A stretch of DNA of 64,000 bases. It comes from Bacillus subtilis subsp. subtilis str. 168. Lineage in GTDB: Bacteria > Bacillota > Bacilli > Bacillales > Bacillaceae. Position 1 is the stretch's first letter; each line of letters opens with the position of its first letter. Location: assembly GCF_000009045.1 (NCBI RefSeq), contig NC_000964.3, positions 2,604,001 to 2,668,000 of the forward strand, read 5' to 3'. Shown here in pieces: positions 22,112 through 33,542 of this stretch. The translations under genes were made by a program, and so were the position numbers. The notes below the pieces were generated by a model. The model searched no databases and had not been told where the DNA came from. It saw only the letters and a list, made by a program, of their open reading frames with translations.

Positions 22112-23962
<1,851 letters not shown>

Positions 23963-23970
23963 CTATGTAA

Positions 23971-24534
23971 TTATTGATTCACTTTGACCATGGAAGGGCG
24001 AATGACGCGATCCTTCAGCTTATAGCCTTTTTGCATTTCCTCAACAACAATGTTGGAGCCGTAGTTTTCGTCTTCAGCCTGCATAACAGCTTGGTGCAGA
24101 TTAGGATCAAATTCCTGCCCTACAGCTTCGATGGCTTCGACGCCTTCTTTTTTCAAGGCTTCTACGAGCTGACGGTGGACCATTTCCATTCCCTGGAGCA
24201 AACTTTTCGTCTGTTCATTGTCGGCTTCAACCTGAAGCGCTCGTTCAAAACTGTCAAGAGCCGGCAGCAAATCAGTCACGATATTTTGAGAACGGTATTT
24301 TTGGGACGCTTCCATCTCTAAACGGCTGCGTCGTTTATAGTTTTCAAAGTCTGCTTGAACACGCAAAAGTTTGTTTTCTTTTTCCTCAAGCAAACCTTGC
24401 AATTCGTTAATTTGGTTTTGAAGAAGTTCGCTTTCATTTGTTTCTTCCTGCTGTTCATCAGCGGCAGCTTGTTCTTCAATGATTTCTTGCTCTTCTGTTT
24501 CGTTTTGTTCAACGGTTTGTTTTTCTTCTGACAT
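23971..24534 (-). CDS. grpE: Nucleotide exchange factor GrpE
   Basis: Start ATG 24534 (187 aa); [37 protein letters not shown]. Confidence 0.97.
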   Translation of the reverse strand: MSEEKQTVEQNETEEQEIIEEQAAADEQQEETNESELLQNQINELQGLLEEKENKLLRVQADFENYKRRSRLEMEASQKYRSQNIVTDLLPALDSFERALQVEADNEQTKSLLQGMEMVHRQLVEALKKEGVEAIEAVGQEFDPNLHQAVMQAEDENYGSNIVVEEMQKGYKLKDRVIRPSMVKVNQ

Positions 24535-24605
24535 TGTGTTCACCTCCCTCAAAGTGTAAGGAGAAGGACAGGTGCTGCCCTTCGATAAAATTTGCCAAAA
24601 TTCCC

Positions 24606-25637
24606 TTATTCATCATACAGACTTGTTAATGCTTTTGACAAGTCCGAAGTCACATGCTGAAGCAGGCTGACAACCCTGGAATAATTCATGCGGGTCGGGC
24701 CGATAATCGCAATTGAGCCGATCTGCTTCTGGTCTACGGAATAAGAAGCCGTAATCAGACTGCAATTTTCCATCTCTTCATAGTCGTTTTCTTTTCCGAT
24801 TTTAATCGAAATTCCCGTGTGCGGGGATTGAACCAGCTTTAAAACATCCTGTTCTTTCTCAATTAATGAAAGCAGCGACCGAACTCGGGTGATATCATGG
24901 AACTCAGGCTGGTTCAGCATATTGATTTTCCCGCCAAAAAACAACTTTTCAACGTGATTTGTGGAATGAAAGGTTGAACGAAGCGCGTCGAGTATATTGT
25001 CATAGTTTTTAATGTGCTGTCTTAGGTACATGACAACTTCTTTAAATATGCGCTCATTCAGTTCATCCATTGGAACGCCGCTTAAACGGTCGTTCAGTAT
25101 ATTTACCAGTTTTTCAATATCAGACAGATCCATTTTGGTCGGAAAGTTAATCGTTTTGTTTTCCACATGCCCCGTATTGGTAACGAGAATCGCTACCGCC
25201 ATATCAGGCTGAATCGGAATGATTTGAATCTGTTTAAGGTAATTCTCACTCAACTTCGGCCCGAGTACGATGGATGTGTAATTCGTCAGATCGGACAAAA
25301 TTTGCGCTGATTTTTGAACTGTCTTCTCCAGCTCGAAAATTTTCTCTTTGAAGATCGAGTGGATTTGGTCCAGGTCGCTTTTCGTCAATTTGACGGGTGA
25401 CAGCAAATGGTCAACATAGTACCGATACCCTTTTTCTGACGGAACACGTCCTGAGGATGAATGGGTTTTTTCAATAAAGCCCAATTCCTCCAAGTCAGCC
25501 ATCTCGTTTCTTATTGTTGCAGAGCTAAATGTGATTTCATCTTTTTTCGAAAGAGTTCTTGATCCCACCGGCTGTGCCGATTTAATAAAATCGTTGATTA
25601 TAACCTGAAGGATCAGCAGCTGACGATTTGTTAACAT
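24606..25637 (-). CDS. hrcA: Heat-shock repressor HrcA
   Basis: Most likely start ATG 25637 (343 aa); [33 protein letters not shown]. Confidence 0.97.
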   Translation of the reverse strand: MLTNRQLLILQVIINDFIKSAQPVGSRTLSKKDEITFSSATIRNEMADLEELGFIEKTHSSSGRVPSEKGYRYYVDHLLSPVKLTKSDLDQIHSIFKEKIFELEKTVQKSAQILSDLTNYTSIVLGPKLSENYLKQIQIIPIQPDMAVAILVTNTGHVENKTINFPTKMDLSDIEKLVNILNDRLSGVPMDELNERIFKEVVMYLRQHIKNYDNILDALRSTFHSTNHVEKLFFGGKINMLNQPEFHDITRVRSLLSLIEKEQDVLKLVQSPHTGISIKIGKENDYEEMENCSLITASYSVDQKQIGSIAIIGPTRMNYSRVVSLLQHVTSDLSKALTSLYDE

Positions 25638-25651
25638 CATCATCACCTCTG

Positions 25652-25678
25652 TTAGCACTCTCAATAAGCGAGTGCTAA
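25652..25678. promoter_or_regulatory. CIRCE element (HrcA operator)
   Basis: Perfect TTAGCACTC-N9-GAGTGCTAA. Confidence 0.98.
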
Positions 25679-25688
25679 TTCTATAACA

Positions 25689-25717
25689 AAAGTATCAAAC
25701 CACAAGAAAAATGTCAA
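25689..25717 (-). promoter_or_regulatory. sigmaA promoter of the hrcA-dnaK operon
   Basis: TTGACA(25717-25712), immediately after the hemN stop, then 17 bp and TACTTT with an extended TG; lies just upstream of CIRCE. Confidence 0.6.
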
Positions 25718-26857
25718 TTATAACTCACCCAAAAAAGCGCCAAAAACTTCATTGCCTAATAATTTCCCTTGATGAGTCAAATAAACGGCAGACTCCGAAT
25801 TGTGAATCAGCCCTTTTTCAGCGAGGTCTTTTAACACGCTTGGGAAAAGTCCATCCAGGGAACGGCCGTATTTTTCTGCGAATCGTTTTTTGCTGACACC
25901 GGCTGTTTTTCTCAAACCTAAAAACATTTCTTCCTCAATCTGTTCTTCTGTTGTCACTTCATGTGTATCTCTGTACGGAAAACCCTTTTCAGCTATCAGG
26001 TCAATGTAATGCTTAACAGGTCCGACGTTCACTGTTCGTGTGCCGCCAATATATCCGTGAGCGCCAGCTCCGAAACCGAAATATTGTTCGTTGCTCCAAT
26101 ACGTTAGATTGTGCTTAGATTCCATGCCTGCCTTAGCAAAGTTGCTGATTTCATATTGATGAATGCCGTGAGCTTCCATCTTGCTCATCACTATTTCATA
26201 CATTTCAGCTTCCTGCTCCTGCGGCGGAAGATGAAGCCGCCCTTTTTGCATCAAATTATAAAATACCGTTTTCGGTTCTACAATAAGGGAGTAAACGGAA
26301 TAATGCTCAGCGTCCAATGATAAAGCAGTGTTTATGGAATGTTCCAGATGCTTGAGGGTTTGCCCCGGAAGCCCGAACATGAGATCAAGACTGATATTCT
26401 CAAAACCGATTTCCCGCGCTCTTTCAAAAGAGGTGAATACATCTTTTTGCTTGTGCACTCGGCCGATTTTTTCTAACAGATCGTCTTCGAACGTTTGCAC
26501 ACCAAAGCTAAGGCGATTTACGCCTGCTTCTTTTAATATTTTTAATTTCTCTGCGGACAAATCGTCCGGATTCGCTTCAACCGCAAATTCCGATAAGTCG
26601 CTTGAGGGCTTTAGCACGCGGTTGATCATATCCATCAGCTTTTTAAGCTGTTCCTCAGACAGGGAGGTCGGCGTGCCTCCTCCGATAAAGATTGTTTTGA
26701 GATCAGGCTGCCCGGTTTTTGCTATTGTATTTATCATTTCCTGTTCGAGTGCGTTTAAATACTCGTCGACTGGCTGACTTTGAATAAAATATTTATTGAA
26801 ATCGCAGTAGTGGCAAATATGCTCACAAAATGGGATATGGATATAAGCTGATTTCAA
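25718..26857 (-). CDS. hemN: Radical-SAM heme chaperone HemW/HemN-like
   Basis: TTG start 26857 (SD AAGAAGGTG); YIHIPFCEHICHYCDF, GGGTP, YEISN and HNLTYW (HemW-type HNxxYW). Confidence 0.92.
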   Translation of the reverse strand: MKSAYIHIPFCEHICHYCDFNKYFIQSQPVDEYLNALEQEMINTIAKTGQPDLKTIFIGGGTPTSLSEEQLKKLMDMINRVLKPSSDLSEFAVEANPDDLSAEKLKILKEAGVNRLSFGVQTFEDDLLEKIGRVHKQKDVFTSFERAREIGFENISLDLMFGLPGQTLKHLEHSINTALSLDAEHYSVYSLIVEPKTVFYNLMQKGRLHLPPQEQEAEMYEIVMSKMEAHGIHQYEISNFAKAGMESKHNLTYWSNEQYFGFGAGAHGYIGGTRTVNVGPVKHYIDLIAEKGFPYRDTHEVTTEEQIEEEMFLGLRKTAGVSKKRFAEKYGRSLDGLFPSVLKDLAEKGLIHNSESAVYLTHQGKLLGNEVFGAFLGEL

Positions 26858-26873
26858 CGGATTCACCTTCTTT

Positions 26874-26904
26874 ACAGAAAGAAGCCGCAGTACAAGACTG
26901 CGGC
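26874..26904 (-). terminator. Hairpin/terminator between lepA and hemN
   Basis: - strand GCCGCAGT-cttgt-ACTGCGGC followed by TTCTTTCT. Confidence 0.6.
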
Positions 26905-26909
26905 GGCTT

Positions 26910-28748
26910 CTATTGTTTTTTCGGACTGTCGTCCATTTTCAGAACTGCCATAAATGCTTCTTGCGGCACTTCAACTGAGCCGACCTGCTTCATACGGCGC
27001 TTTCCTTCTTTTTGTTTTTCAAGAAGTTTCCGTTTACGCGAGATGTCCCCTCCGTAACATTTAGCCAATACGTTTTTACGCATTGCTTTTATGGTGGAGC
27101 GGGCCACGATTTTCTGGCCGATTGCGGCTTGTACCGGAACTTCAAACTGCTGGCGCGGAATGAGTTCTTTCAGTTTTTCAACGATCACTTTTCCCCGTTC
27201 ATATGCGTAATCACGATGCACGATAAAGGAAAGGGCATCGATTTTTTCACCATTCAGCATAATGTCCATTTTCACAAGCTTGGACGGTTTGTAGCCGATC
27301 AGTTCATAATCAAAGGACGCATAGCCTTTAGTGCTTGATTTCAGCTGATCAAAAAACTCATATACGATTTCCGCTAATGGCATATCATAAATGATGCTGA
27401 CACGGTTTGCGTCTAAATACTGCATATCAATGAAATTGCCGCGTTTTCCTTGGCAAAGCTCCATTACAGCGCCGACATAGTCATTCGGCACCATCATCGT
27501 CGCTTTTACGTATGGCTCCTCAACCCTTTCGATCTTTTGAGGATCCGGCATGTTGGACGGGTTGTCGACAACGACCTTTTCGCCGTCTGTCATATACACG
27601 TCATAGATAACGCTTGGCGCTGTCGTAATCAGGTCGATGTTGAACTCACGCTCAATTCGCTCCTGAATGATCTCCATGTGAAGCATGCCTAAAAATCCGC
27701 AGCGGAACCCGAATCCAAGCGCTTGCGAAGTTTCCGCTTCATATTGAAGGGAGGAATCATTCAGCTCAAGCTTTTCAAGAGCTTCCCTTAAATCATTATA
27801 CTTCGCTGTATCAATCGGATACAAACCACAGTACACCATCGGGTTTAGCTTGCGGTATCCCGGCAGCGCTTCTTCTGCAGGATTGGCAGCGCTCGTTATT
27901 GTATCACCGACACGTGTGTCACCAACATTTTTGATTGAGGCAGTCAGGAAGCCTACATCACCGACCGTCAGTTCATTTGTCGGAGTTGCTTTCGGCGTGA
28001 ACACGCCCACCTCTGTTACTTCGAATTCTTTGCCGGTTGCCATCATTTTGATTTTTTGTCCCGGCTTTACCGTTCCTTCAACGACTCTGATATAAGCCAC
28101 GACACCGCGGTAGGCGTCATAAAGCGAGTCGAAGATCAGCGCTTTGAGCGGCGCCTCCGGATCTCCGGTCGGAGCTGGCACCTTTTCTACGATTTGTTCT
28201 AAAATCTCCTCAATCCCGATACCGGCTTTTGCTGAAGCAAGCACGGCTTCTGATGCGTCAAGGCCGATAACGTCTTCTACCTCTTGGCGCACACGTTCGG
28301 GCTCGGCGCTCGGAAGGTCGATTTTATTGATGACCGGAAGGATTTCAAGATCGTTGTCAAGCGCTAAGTAGACATTGGCGAGCGTCTGCGCTTCAATCCC
28401 CTGGGCTGCATCCACGACAAGAATCGCTCCCTCGCAGGCAGCAAGGCTTCGGGATACTTCATACGTGAAGTCGACGTGTCCCGGCGTATCGATTAGATGA
28501 AAGATATATTCTTCTCCGTCTTTTGCTTTATATTTAAGCTGAACAGAGTTTAATTTAATGGTTATGCCCCGCTCACGTTCAAGATCCATAGAATCGAGCA
28601 ATTGTTCTTTCATTTCTCGTTGAGTGATTGCCGACGTTTTTTCTAAAATACGATCCGCTAAGGTCGATTTTCCGTGGTCAATATGGGCAATGATAGAGAA
28701 ATTCCGTATTCTCGATTGCCTCTCTAAACGCTTTTCTTTATCTGTCAC
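26910..28748 (-). CDS. lepA: Elongation factor 4 (LepA)
   Basis: 612 aa; [40 protein letters not shown]. Confidence 0.98.
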   Translation of the reverse strand: MTDKEKRLERQSRIRNFSIIAHIDHGKSTLADRILEKTSAITQREMKEQLLDSMDLERERGITIKLNSVQLKYKAKDGEEYIFHLIDTPGHVDFTYEVSRSLAACEGAILVVDAAQGIEAQTLANVYLALDNDLEILPVINKIDLPSAEPERVRQEVEDVIGLDASEAVLASAKAGIGIEEILEQIVEKVPAPTGDPEAPLKALIFDSLYDAYRGVVAYIRVVEGTVKPGQKIKMMATGKEFEVTEVGVFTPKATPTNELTVGDVGFLTASIKNVGDTRVGDTITSAANPAEEALPGYRKLNPMVYCGLYPIDTAKYNDLREALEKLELNDSSLQYEAETSQALGFGFRCGFLGMLHMEIIQERIEREFNIDLITTAPSVIYDVYMTDGEKVVVDNPSNMPDPQKIERVEEPYVKATMMVPNDYVGAVMELCQGKRGNFIDMQYLDANRVSIIYDMPLAEIVYEFFDQLKSSTKGYASFDYELIGYKPSKLVKMDIMLNGEKIDALSFIVHRDYAYERGKVIVEKLKELIPRQQFEVPVQAAIGQKIVARSTIKAMRKNVLAKCYGGDISRKRKLLEKQKEGKRRMKQVGSVEVPQEAFMAVLKMDDSPKKQ

Positions 28749-28791
28749 AATCTATCACTCCTACTATTAAACGCAAAATACACTAGCTTAG

Positions 28792-28820
28792 ATTATATCA
28801 ATAGGATTGTAAAGATTCAA
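28792..28820 (-). promoter_or_regulatory. sigmaA promoter of lepA
   Basis: TTGAAT(28820-28815)-17 bp-TATAAT(28797-28792) with an extended TG. Confidence 0.8.
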
Positions 28821-28830
28821 TGTAAAACAA

Positions 28831-28875
28831 GAAAGAGAAAAGTTCCCTATCATATCTGGGTTGCTTTTCTCTTTC
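28831..28875. terminator. Terminator-like hairpin after spoIIP-yqxA
   Basis: 12-bp inverted repeat GAAAGAGAAAAG/CTTTTCTCTTTC. Confidence 0.65.
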
Positions 28876-28881
28876 ACGTAC

Positions 28882-29220
28882 TTATTGATTCATATCCCGT
28901 ATCCATTCATACATTGACTGGGCAGTATTGGTTACGGTGTCCGAAAGCGCTTTTCCGGCTTTTGAAAACATATTGAATGTCTCCACCTTTTCCAGCTCTT
29001 TTTGTTTTTCTACTAAATCTTTTGCCGTGACTGTTTCTCCTAGGATTGAGGCTTCTTTTTCATTATCTTTTCCGTCGGTGAGCGTAAACGCCCCCTTCAG
29101 TGAAGGGTCATGATAGCCTTTCATACTCAGCATCCCGTGGTTTGCCTGCTGCATGCCGAACAGAACGCCTAAAAACATGATCGTGACAAGCAGTAAGCAC
29201 TTTCCAAAGTATGCAATCAA
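28882..29220 (-). CDS. yqxA: YqxA, small membrane-anchored sporulation protein
   Basis: TTG start 29220 (112 aa), N-terminal hydrophobic helix; follows spoIIP. Confidence 0.8.
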   Translation of the reverse strand: MIAYFGKCLLLVTIMFLGVLFGMQQANHGMLSMKGYHDPSLKGAFTLTDGKDNEKEASILGETVTAKDLVEKQKELEKVETFNMFSKAGKALSDTVTNTAQSMYEWIRDMNQ

Positions 29221-29236
29221 ATCAACCACCTATTTC

Positions 29237-30442
29237 TTATTGTTTTTTCGTCTCCCCGCTCGCTGCGTTGACCTTTTCAGCATCCCAGTACATTTCGCTG
29301 AATACGTCCGCGGCCGCGTTAGCCGCACGCTGCAGCTCTTCGAGATTATTATCCACTCCGCCAAACTCGAGCAAAAGCGCTCTATCGGTTAAATCCTGAT
29401 TGTAAACACCATTATCGCCTGGCGAGCCTTTGGAAAAGACACCTGTGCTAAGTCCGGGGTATTTTTTCTCCATCAGTTTATGAAGCTCACTCGCAATTTT
29501 ATAGTTTTCTTCGAAGTTTTTGCTTTTTTTCCCGACGACAAAGGCTACCCTGGCATAGCTTTTCCCTTTAATCGTTGCGGTTGTGTCTTTTTTGCGCCGA
29601 GAGTCTCTGTGGATGTCAATGATATATTGCAGATTTTTGTTTGAAGCGAGGGCGTCTTTCACGACCGGCCTTGATTCATCATAGGACCTGGCATAGTTTA
29701 AGCCTTTTTTATTCAATTTTGACTGTATATCGGTTTTATTCACTGTGGCTCCGATTCCCTGGGATTCAAGCGCTTGTCCGAACATATCTCCTACAAGCGT
29801 GACATTGGCTTTAGAATGGCGCGCCATGTCAGGATCGGTCTCGCCTTTTAATAGAGGGAGATATGATTCCGTATTGTGCGTGTGATAGATAAACACGACC
29901 TTTTTATCACCTGTTGTTTGTTTCGGCGGATCTTTTTGCGCATTATCTGATTGCGTTTGCTGTTTTTCAATCTCTGCCAAATTCGCTTCTCTTTCTTCCT
30001 CCATCACCTTAGACGGCGGCGGCGATTCCGCAGGCATATTCGTATAATCCGTTCCTTGTCCAGCTAACAAAATCTCGGTATCAAATTGTGCAAATCCTGG
30101 CAGCTCCCGACCGAGAAAGCTCCGCGGATCTTCGAGGTTAATGCTCGTCGCCAGCTTTAAAGAAAGACGAGAAAGATGAAATGAGCTGTCTGTTTGAGAG
30201 AGGTCAGAAGCGAAATAATGGTTTTCCATCTGCAGCAAATGTGCAAATACGTCACCCGGCAATTCTTCAGCAATCCCATAAAAAGAGTCAGACGACGGCC
30301 TAAGTTCCGGCCGGAGAGACGTCAGCACACCGGATAGAACAAAAATCACGATAAGGCTTACGATAAATAGAAAGATGGCTTTTACCGCTTTCCCTCCATT
30401 TACCGCAACAACAATCTGTCTGTTTCTGCGTTTATTTCTCAT
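29237..30442 (-). CDS. spoIIP: Engulfment amidase/endopeptidase SpoIIP
   Basis: 401 aa; N-terminal TM segment, IYHTHNTESY, IDIHRDS, LLEFGG. Confidence 0.96.
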   Translation of the reverse strand: MRNKRRNRQIVVAVNGGKAVKAIFLFIVSLIVIFVLSGVLTSLRPELRPSSDSFYGIAEELPGDVFAHLLQMENHYFASDLSQTDSSFHLSRLSLKLATSINLEDPRSFLGRELPGFAQFDTEILLAGQGTDYTNMPAESPPPSKVMEEEREANLAEIEKQQTQSDNAQKDPPKQTTGDKKVVFIYHTHNTESYLPLLKGETDPDMARHSKANVTLVGDMFGQALESQGIGATVNKTDIQSKLNKKGLNYARSYDESRPVVKDALASNKNLQYIIDIHRDSRRKKDTTATIKGKSYARVAFVVGKKSKNFEENYKIASELHKLMEKKYPGLSTGVFSKGSPGDNGVYNQDLTDRALLLEFGGVDNNLEELQRAANAAADVFSEMYWDAEKVNAASGETKKQ

Positions 30443-30471
30443 TGAATCCCTCCAGCGCTTGTCTAGTAATT

Positions 30472-30500
30472 ACTCTATGAACAAGCTAGAGGAAGTAGAA
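30472..30500 (-). promoter_or_regulatory. sigmaE-like promoter of spoIIP
   Basis: TTCTACT(30500-30494)-14 bp-CATAGAGT(30479-30472). Confidence 0.65.
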
Positions 30501-30504
30501 CTGT

Positions 30505-31611
30505 TTAGTGATTGTAGGAGCCTTTGTTTTCTTGTGACACTTTTTCATGAAGCGCTGTGTTTAATCCGTTCGCTAAAACATTTGCCATATCGTCGATAAA
30601 TGAATCGACTTCCTTCGGTGTAACCATTAAGTTGTGCCCTAAAGGCGAAAGCACCTCGTGAATGAGCTGCCGTTTTTCATCTTCTTGAAGGGTTCCGACA
30701 ATACCTAGGAACGATTGGCGCTGCTTTTGATCGGGAAGATCGTCTTCAGTGAGCACTTTCTTTTTCCCAAACGTCATGCCTGCCGGAACAAGCGATCTTG
30801 ATGGCCTGTTATCCTTCATTTCTCTGCCAAAATGTTTTAATATGTAGTCCACCGTGTCGCTGGCAATTGTCACGGCATCAACTACTGTCGGAACACCGAT
30901 AGCAATCACCGGAACACCAAGCGTGTCTTTGCTTAAATCTTTTCGTTTATTCCCCACTCCAGACCCCGGGTGAATGCCTGTATCCGATATTTGAATGGTT
31001 GTGTTGACCCTTTCCACCGCCCGCGCCGCCAACGCATCAATGGCGATGACAAAATCAGGCTTCGATTGCTCAATCACACCTTTAATAATGTCACTTGTTT
31101 CGATTCCTGTTATCCCCATTACACCCGGTGCAAAAGCACTGACAGGCCTGTAACCCTCCTGTACGTTTTCCGGCTGAAGCTTAAACAAGTGCCTTGTTAC
31201 CAACAGATTTTCTACTGCCATCGGTCCAAGCGCATCAGGTGTCACGTTCCAGTTGCCGAGCCCAACGATCAAACAGCTCGCATCTTTTGAGATATTAAGG
31301 TTTTCAAGAAAAGCTGAGAATTCCTCCGCAAAGACAGCAGAGACCTTCTCCTGCATTTCCGAATCATTCTCCCTGATTCCCTGTGCTTCAAGCGTTAAAT
31401 AGCGCCCTTCTTTTTTTCCCGAAAGCTCTGCGCCTTCCTTTGTAACATCAACTGTGCGGATTTTAATGCCGCCGTGATCACGCTCTTTTTCAATAAAGCC
31501 TTTAATTTCTTTTGTCGGCACAGCCTGCTGATTGGCCATTGCTTCCTTCGTTTCCACTGCCAAATCGGTCCGTATCAAATACTGATTCACATCCAGCTCA
31601 CTCTTTTTCAT
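30505..31611 (-). CDS. gpr: Germination protease GPR
   Basis: 368 aa; [40 protein letters not shown]. Confidence 0.97.
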   Translation of the reverse strand: MKKSELDVNQYLIRTDLAVETKEAMANQQAVPTKEIKGFIEKERDHGGIKIRTVDVTKEGAELSGKKEGRYLTLEAQGIRENDSEMQEKVSAVFAEEFSAFLENLNISKDASCLIVGLGNWNVTPDALGPMAVENLLVTRHLFKLQPENVQEGYRPVSAFAPGVMGITGIETSDIIKGVIEQSKPDFVIAIDALAARAVERVNTTIQISDTGIHPGSGVGNKRKDLSKDTLGVPVIAIGVPTVVDAVTIASDTVDYILKHFGREMKDNRPSRSLVPAGMTFGKKKVLTEDDLPDQKQRQSFLGIVGTLQEDEKRQLIHEVLSPLGHNLMVTPKEVDSFIDDMANVLANGLNTALHEKVSQENKGSYNH

Positions 31612-31640
31612 ACAGGGGCCTCCTTCACATTAAGTACCTA

Positions 31641-31670
31641 TATTGTTGCCATTTGCTGAATAAATCATGC
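31641..31670 (-). promoter_or_regulatory. sigmaF/sigmaG promoter of gpr
   Basis: GCATGA(31670-31665)-14 bp-GGCAACAATA(31650-31641). Confidence 0.7.
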
Positions 31671-31710
31671 TAAAAAGAGAACCTTCAATGAAAAATACTT
31701 TACATTTATA

Positions 31711-31739
31711 TTGCAATCTAAAGGTGTGTTTGATAGAAT
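31711..31739 (+). promoter_or_regulatory. sigmaA promoter of rpsT
   Basis: TTGCAA(31711-31716)-17 bp-TAGAAT(31734-31739) with an extended TG. Confidence 0.75.
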
Positions 31740-31802
31740 ACAATTTGTTCTATTGTGAAGAAGATTTAACCTTAAGACACTGTGCTACAGGTTGTATCTT
31801 AG

Positions 31803-32081
<279 letters not shown>

Positions 32082-32085
32082 TATA

Positions 32086-32117
32086 AAAACGATCCTCAAT
32101 AATGGGGATCGTTTTTT
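32086..32117. terminator. Bidirectional terminator between rpsT and holA
   Basis: AAAAACGATCC...GGATCGTTTTT; overlaps the last holA codons. Confidence 0.8.
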
Positions 32118-33139
32118 TCATTTCTTTTTAACAGCTGTAAAAGGAACAGTTCGAGCAGGAGCTGCTTGTCCTTTTTCCCGGTTTTCATCTCATAGTCCAT
32201 GACGGCAAGCTGTTCAATAATTAAACGGAGCTCCTCCTCTGAAAAAAGCCTTGCTTGATCCATCGCCAGCTTTACCCGAAATGGGTGAACTTTTAGATTA
32301 GAAGCGATTTGTTTTTGTCCGTATCCCTGTTCCGCGAAGTACTTCGTCTGCAGAATCAGCCGGAACTGATTCGAAATAAGCGCCATAATTTTGATCGGTT
32401 CTTCATTTTGTTTTAGCAAATCATAAAAAATTTGCAGACTCTCTGTTCGTTTTCGGTTGACGATTTTATTGATCAGCTCAAAAATATTTTGTTCAAGGCT
32501 TCTAGCAACAAGCATTTTTACATCATCCAGCGTAATTTCTTCACGATCTCCAATAAACGTGCAGAGCTTTTGAATCTCCTGAAAAATCGATGACAGATGA
32601 CCGTTCACAAGCAGAACCAAATGCTCCGCCGCTTCCGTGCCGATTGTTTTCTGCTCTGTTTTTGCAAGGTTGACAGTAAAGTCTGTCGTTTCCTTTGCAT
32701 TTAATTCCTTCGCCTCCATCATAAACGCGTGCTTCTTTAACGCTTTCGTCAGCTTTTTTCGCTCATCAAGCTTTTCATACGGAGCAAGCAGGACAAAGAC
32801 TGTGTAAGGCGCAGGTGATTGTATATATGATTCAAGCGCACTGACGTTGTGCTCAATTTTTTCTTTTTTCTTTTCACCTGTTAAAAAATATGGATTTTTC
32901 ACAATGACAAGACGCCGCTCCCCCATAAACGGAAACGTTTCAGCATCTGCAATCGCTTGATCCAGCGGGTCCTCTTCCAGATCAAAAACGGACAGATTGA
33001 AATCCTTTGTCTCCTGATCAACGACCGTCTGTCTGATCCTGCTGACGGTTTCTTGCAGCAGATATGTCTCTTTTCCGTATAAACAATAAACCGGATGGAC
33101 CTCTCCTTTTTTCAGGCTTTTCCACACATCAAATACCAT
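32096..33139 (-). CDS. holA: DNA polymerase III delta subunit (yqeN)
   Basis: 347 aa; VYCLYGKETYL, TFPFMGERRLVIV, KLDERKK, KVHPFRVK. Confidence 0.93.
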   Translation of the reverse strand: MVFDVWKSLKKGEVHPVYCLYGKETYLLQETVSRIRQTVVDQETKDFNLSVFDLEEDPLDQAIADAETFPFMGERRLVIVKNPYFLTGEKKKEKIEHNVSALESYIQSPAPYTVFVLLAPYEKLDERKKLTKALKKHAFMMEAKELNAKETTDFTVNLAKTEQKTIGTEAAEHLVLLVNGHLSSIFQEIQKLCTFIGDREEITLDDVKMLVARSLEQNIFELINKIVNRKRTESLQIFYDLLKQNEEPIKIMALISNQFRLILQTKYFAEQGYGQKQIASNLKVHPFRVKLAMDQARLFSEEELRLIIEQLAVMDYEMKTGKKDKQLLLELFLLQLLKRNEKNDPHY

Positions 33140-33368
33140 TGTTGTACGACTTCCTCTCTTTCATCATCCCCTTCTATCCTAAATTGAGTTTGCAAAATAG
33201 TAAAGAGGAAGCCTGACTGCTGCTTCCCCATTTATATTAAACGCCTGTTCGCAAGCCCCCGGGACAGCTTGTAAAAAGGCGATAATCACCAGAACAGAAA
33301 ACGTTACCTTAGCTTCTAGATTTTTCAAAACAATTCCATTATACTTAAGTCAGTCAGGAGGGATAAAG

Positions 33369-33503
33369 TTGAATGATTTTGAAAAAAACGTTCAAAGCAA
33401 ACGAAATGATGCTGTAGATTCAGCTGTTGGTTTTGTTGTGTCCTTCGGATTTTTCGCCTTCTTGTTTGTCATGGCAACGGTTATTCACCTAGTTGGTTCA
33501 TAA
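33369..33503 (+). CDS. yqzM: YqzM-like small membrane protein (44 aa)
   Basis: Read by hand: TTG start after SD AGGAGGGA; MNDFEKNVQSKRNDAVDSAVGFVVSFGFFAFLFVMATVIHLVGS*; hairpin GACTGCC/GGCAGTC-TTTTTT at 33508-33544 follows. Confidence 0.82.
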   Translation: MNDFEKNVQSKRNDAVDSAVGFVVSFGFFAFLFVMATVIHLVGS

Positions 33504-33542
33504 CAGCGACTGCCCGGGCTGCTGATTTCTCGGCAGTCTTTT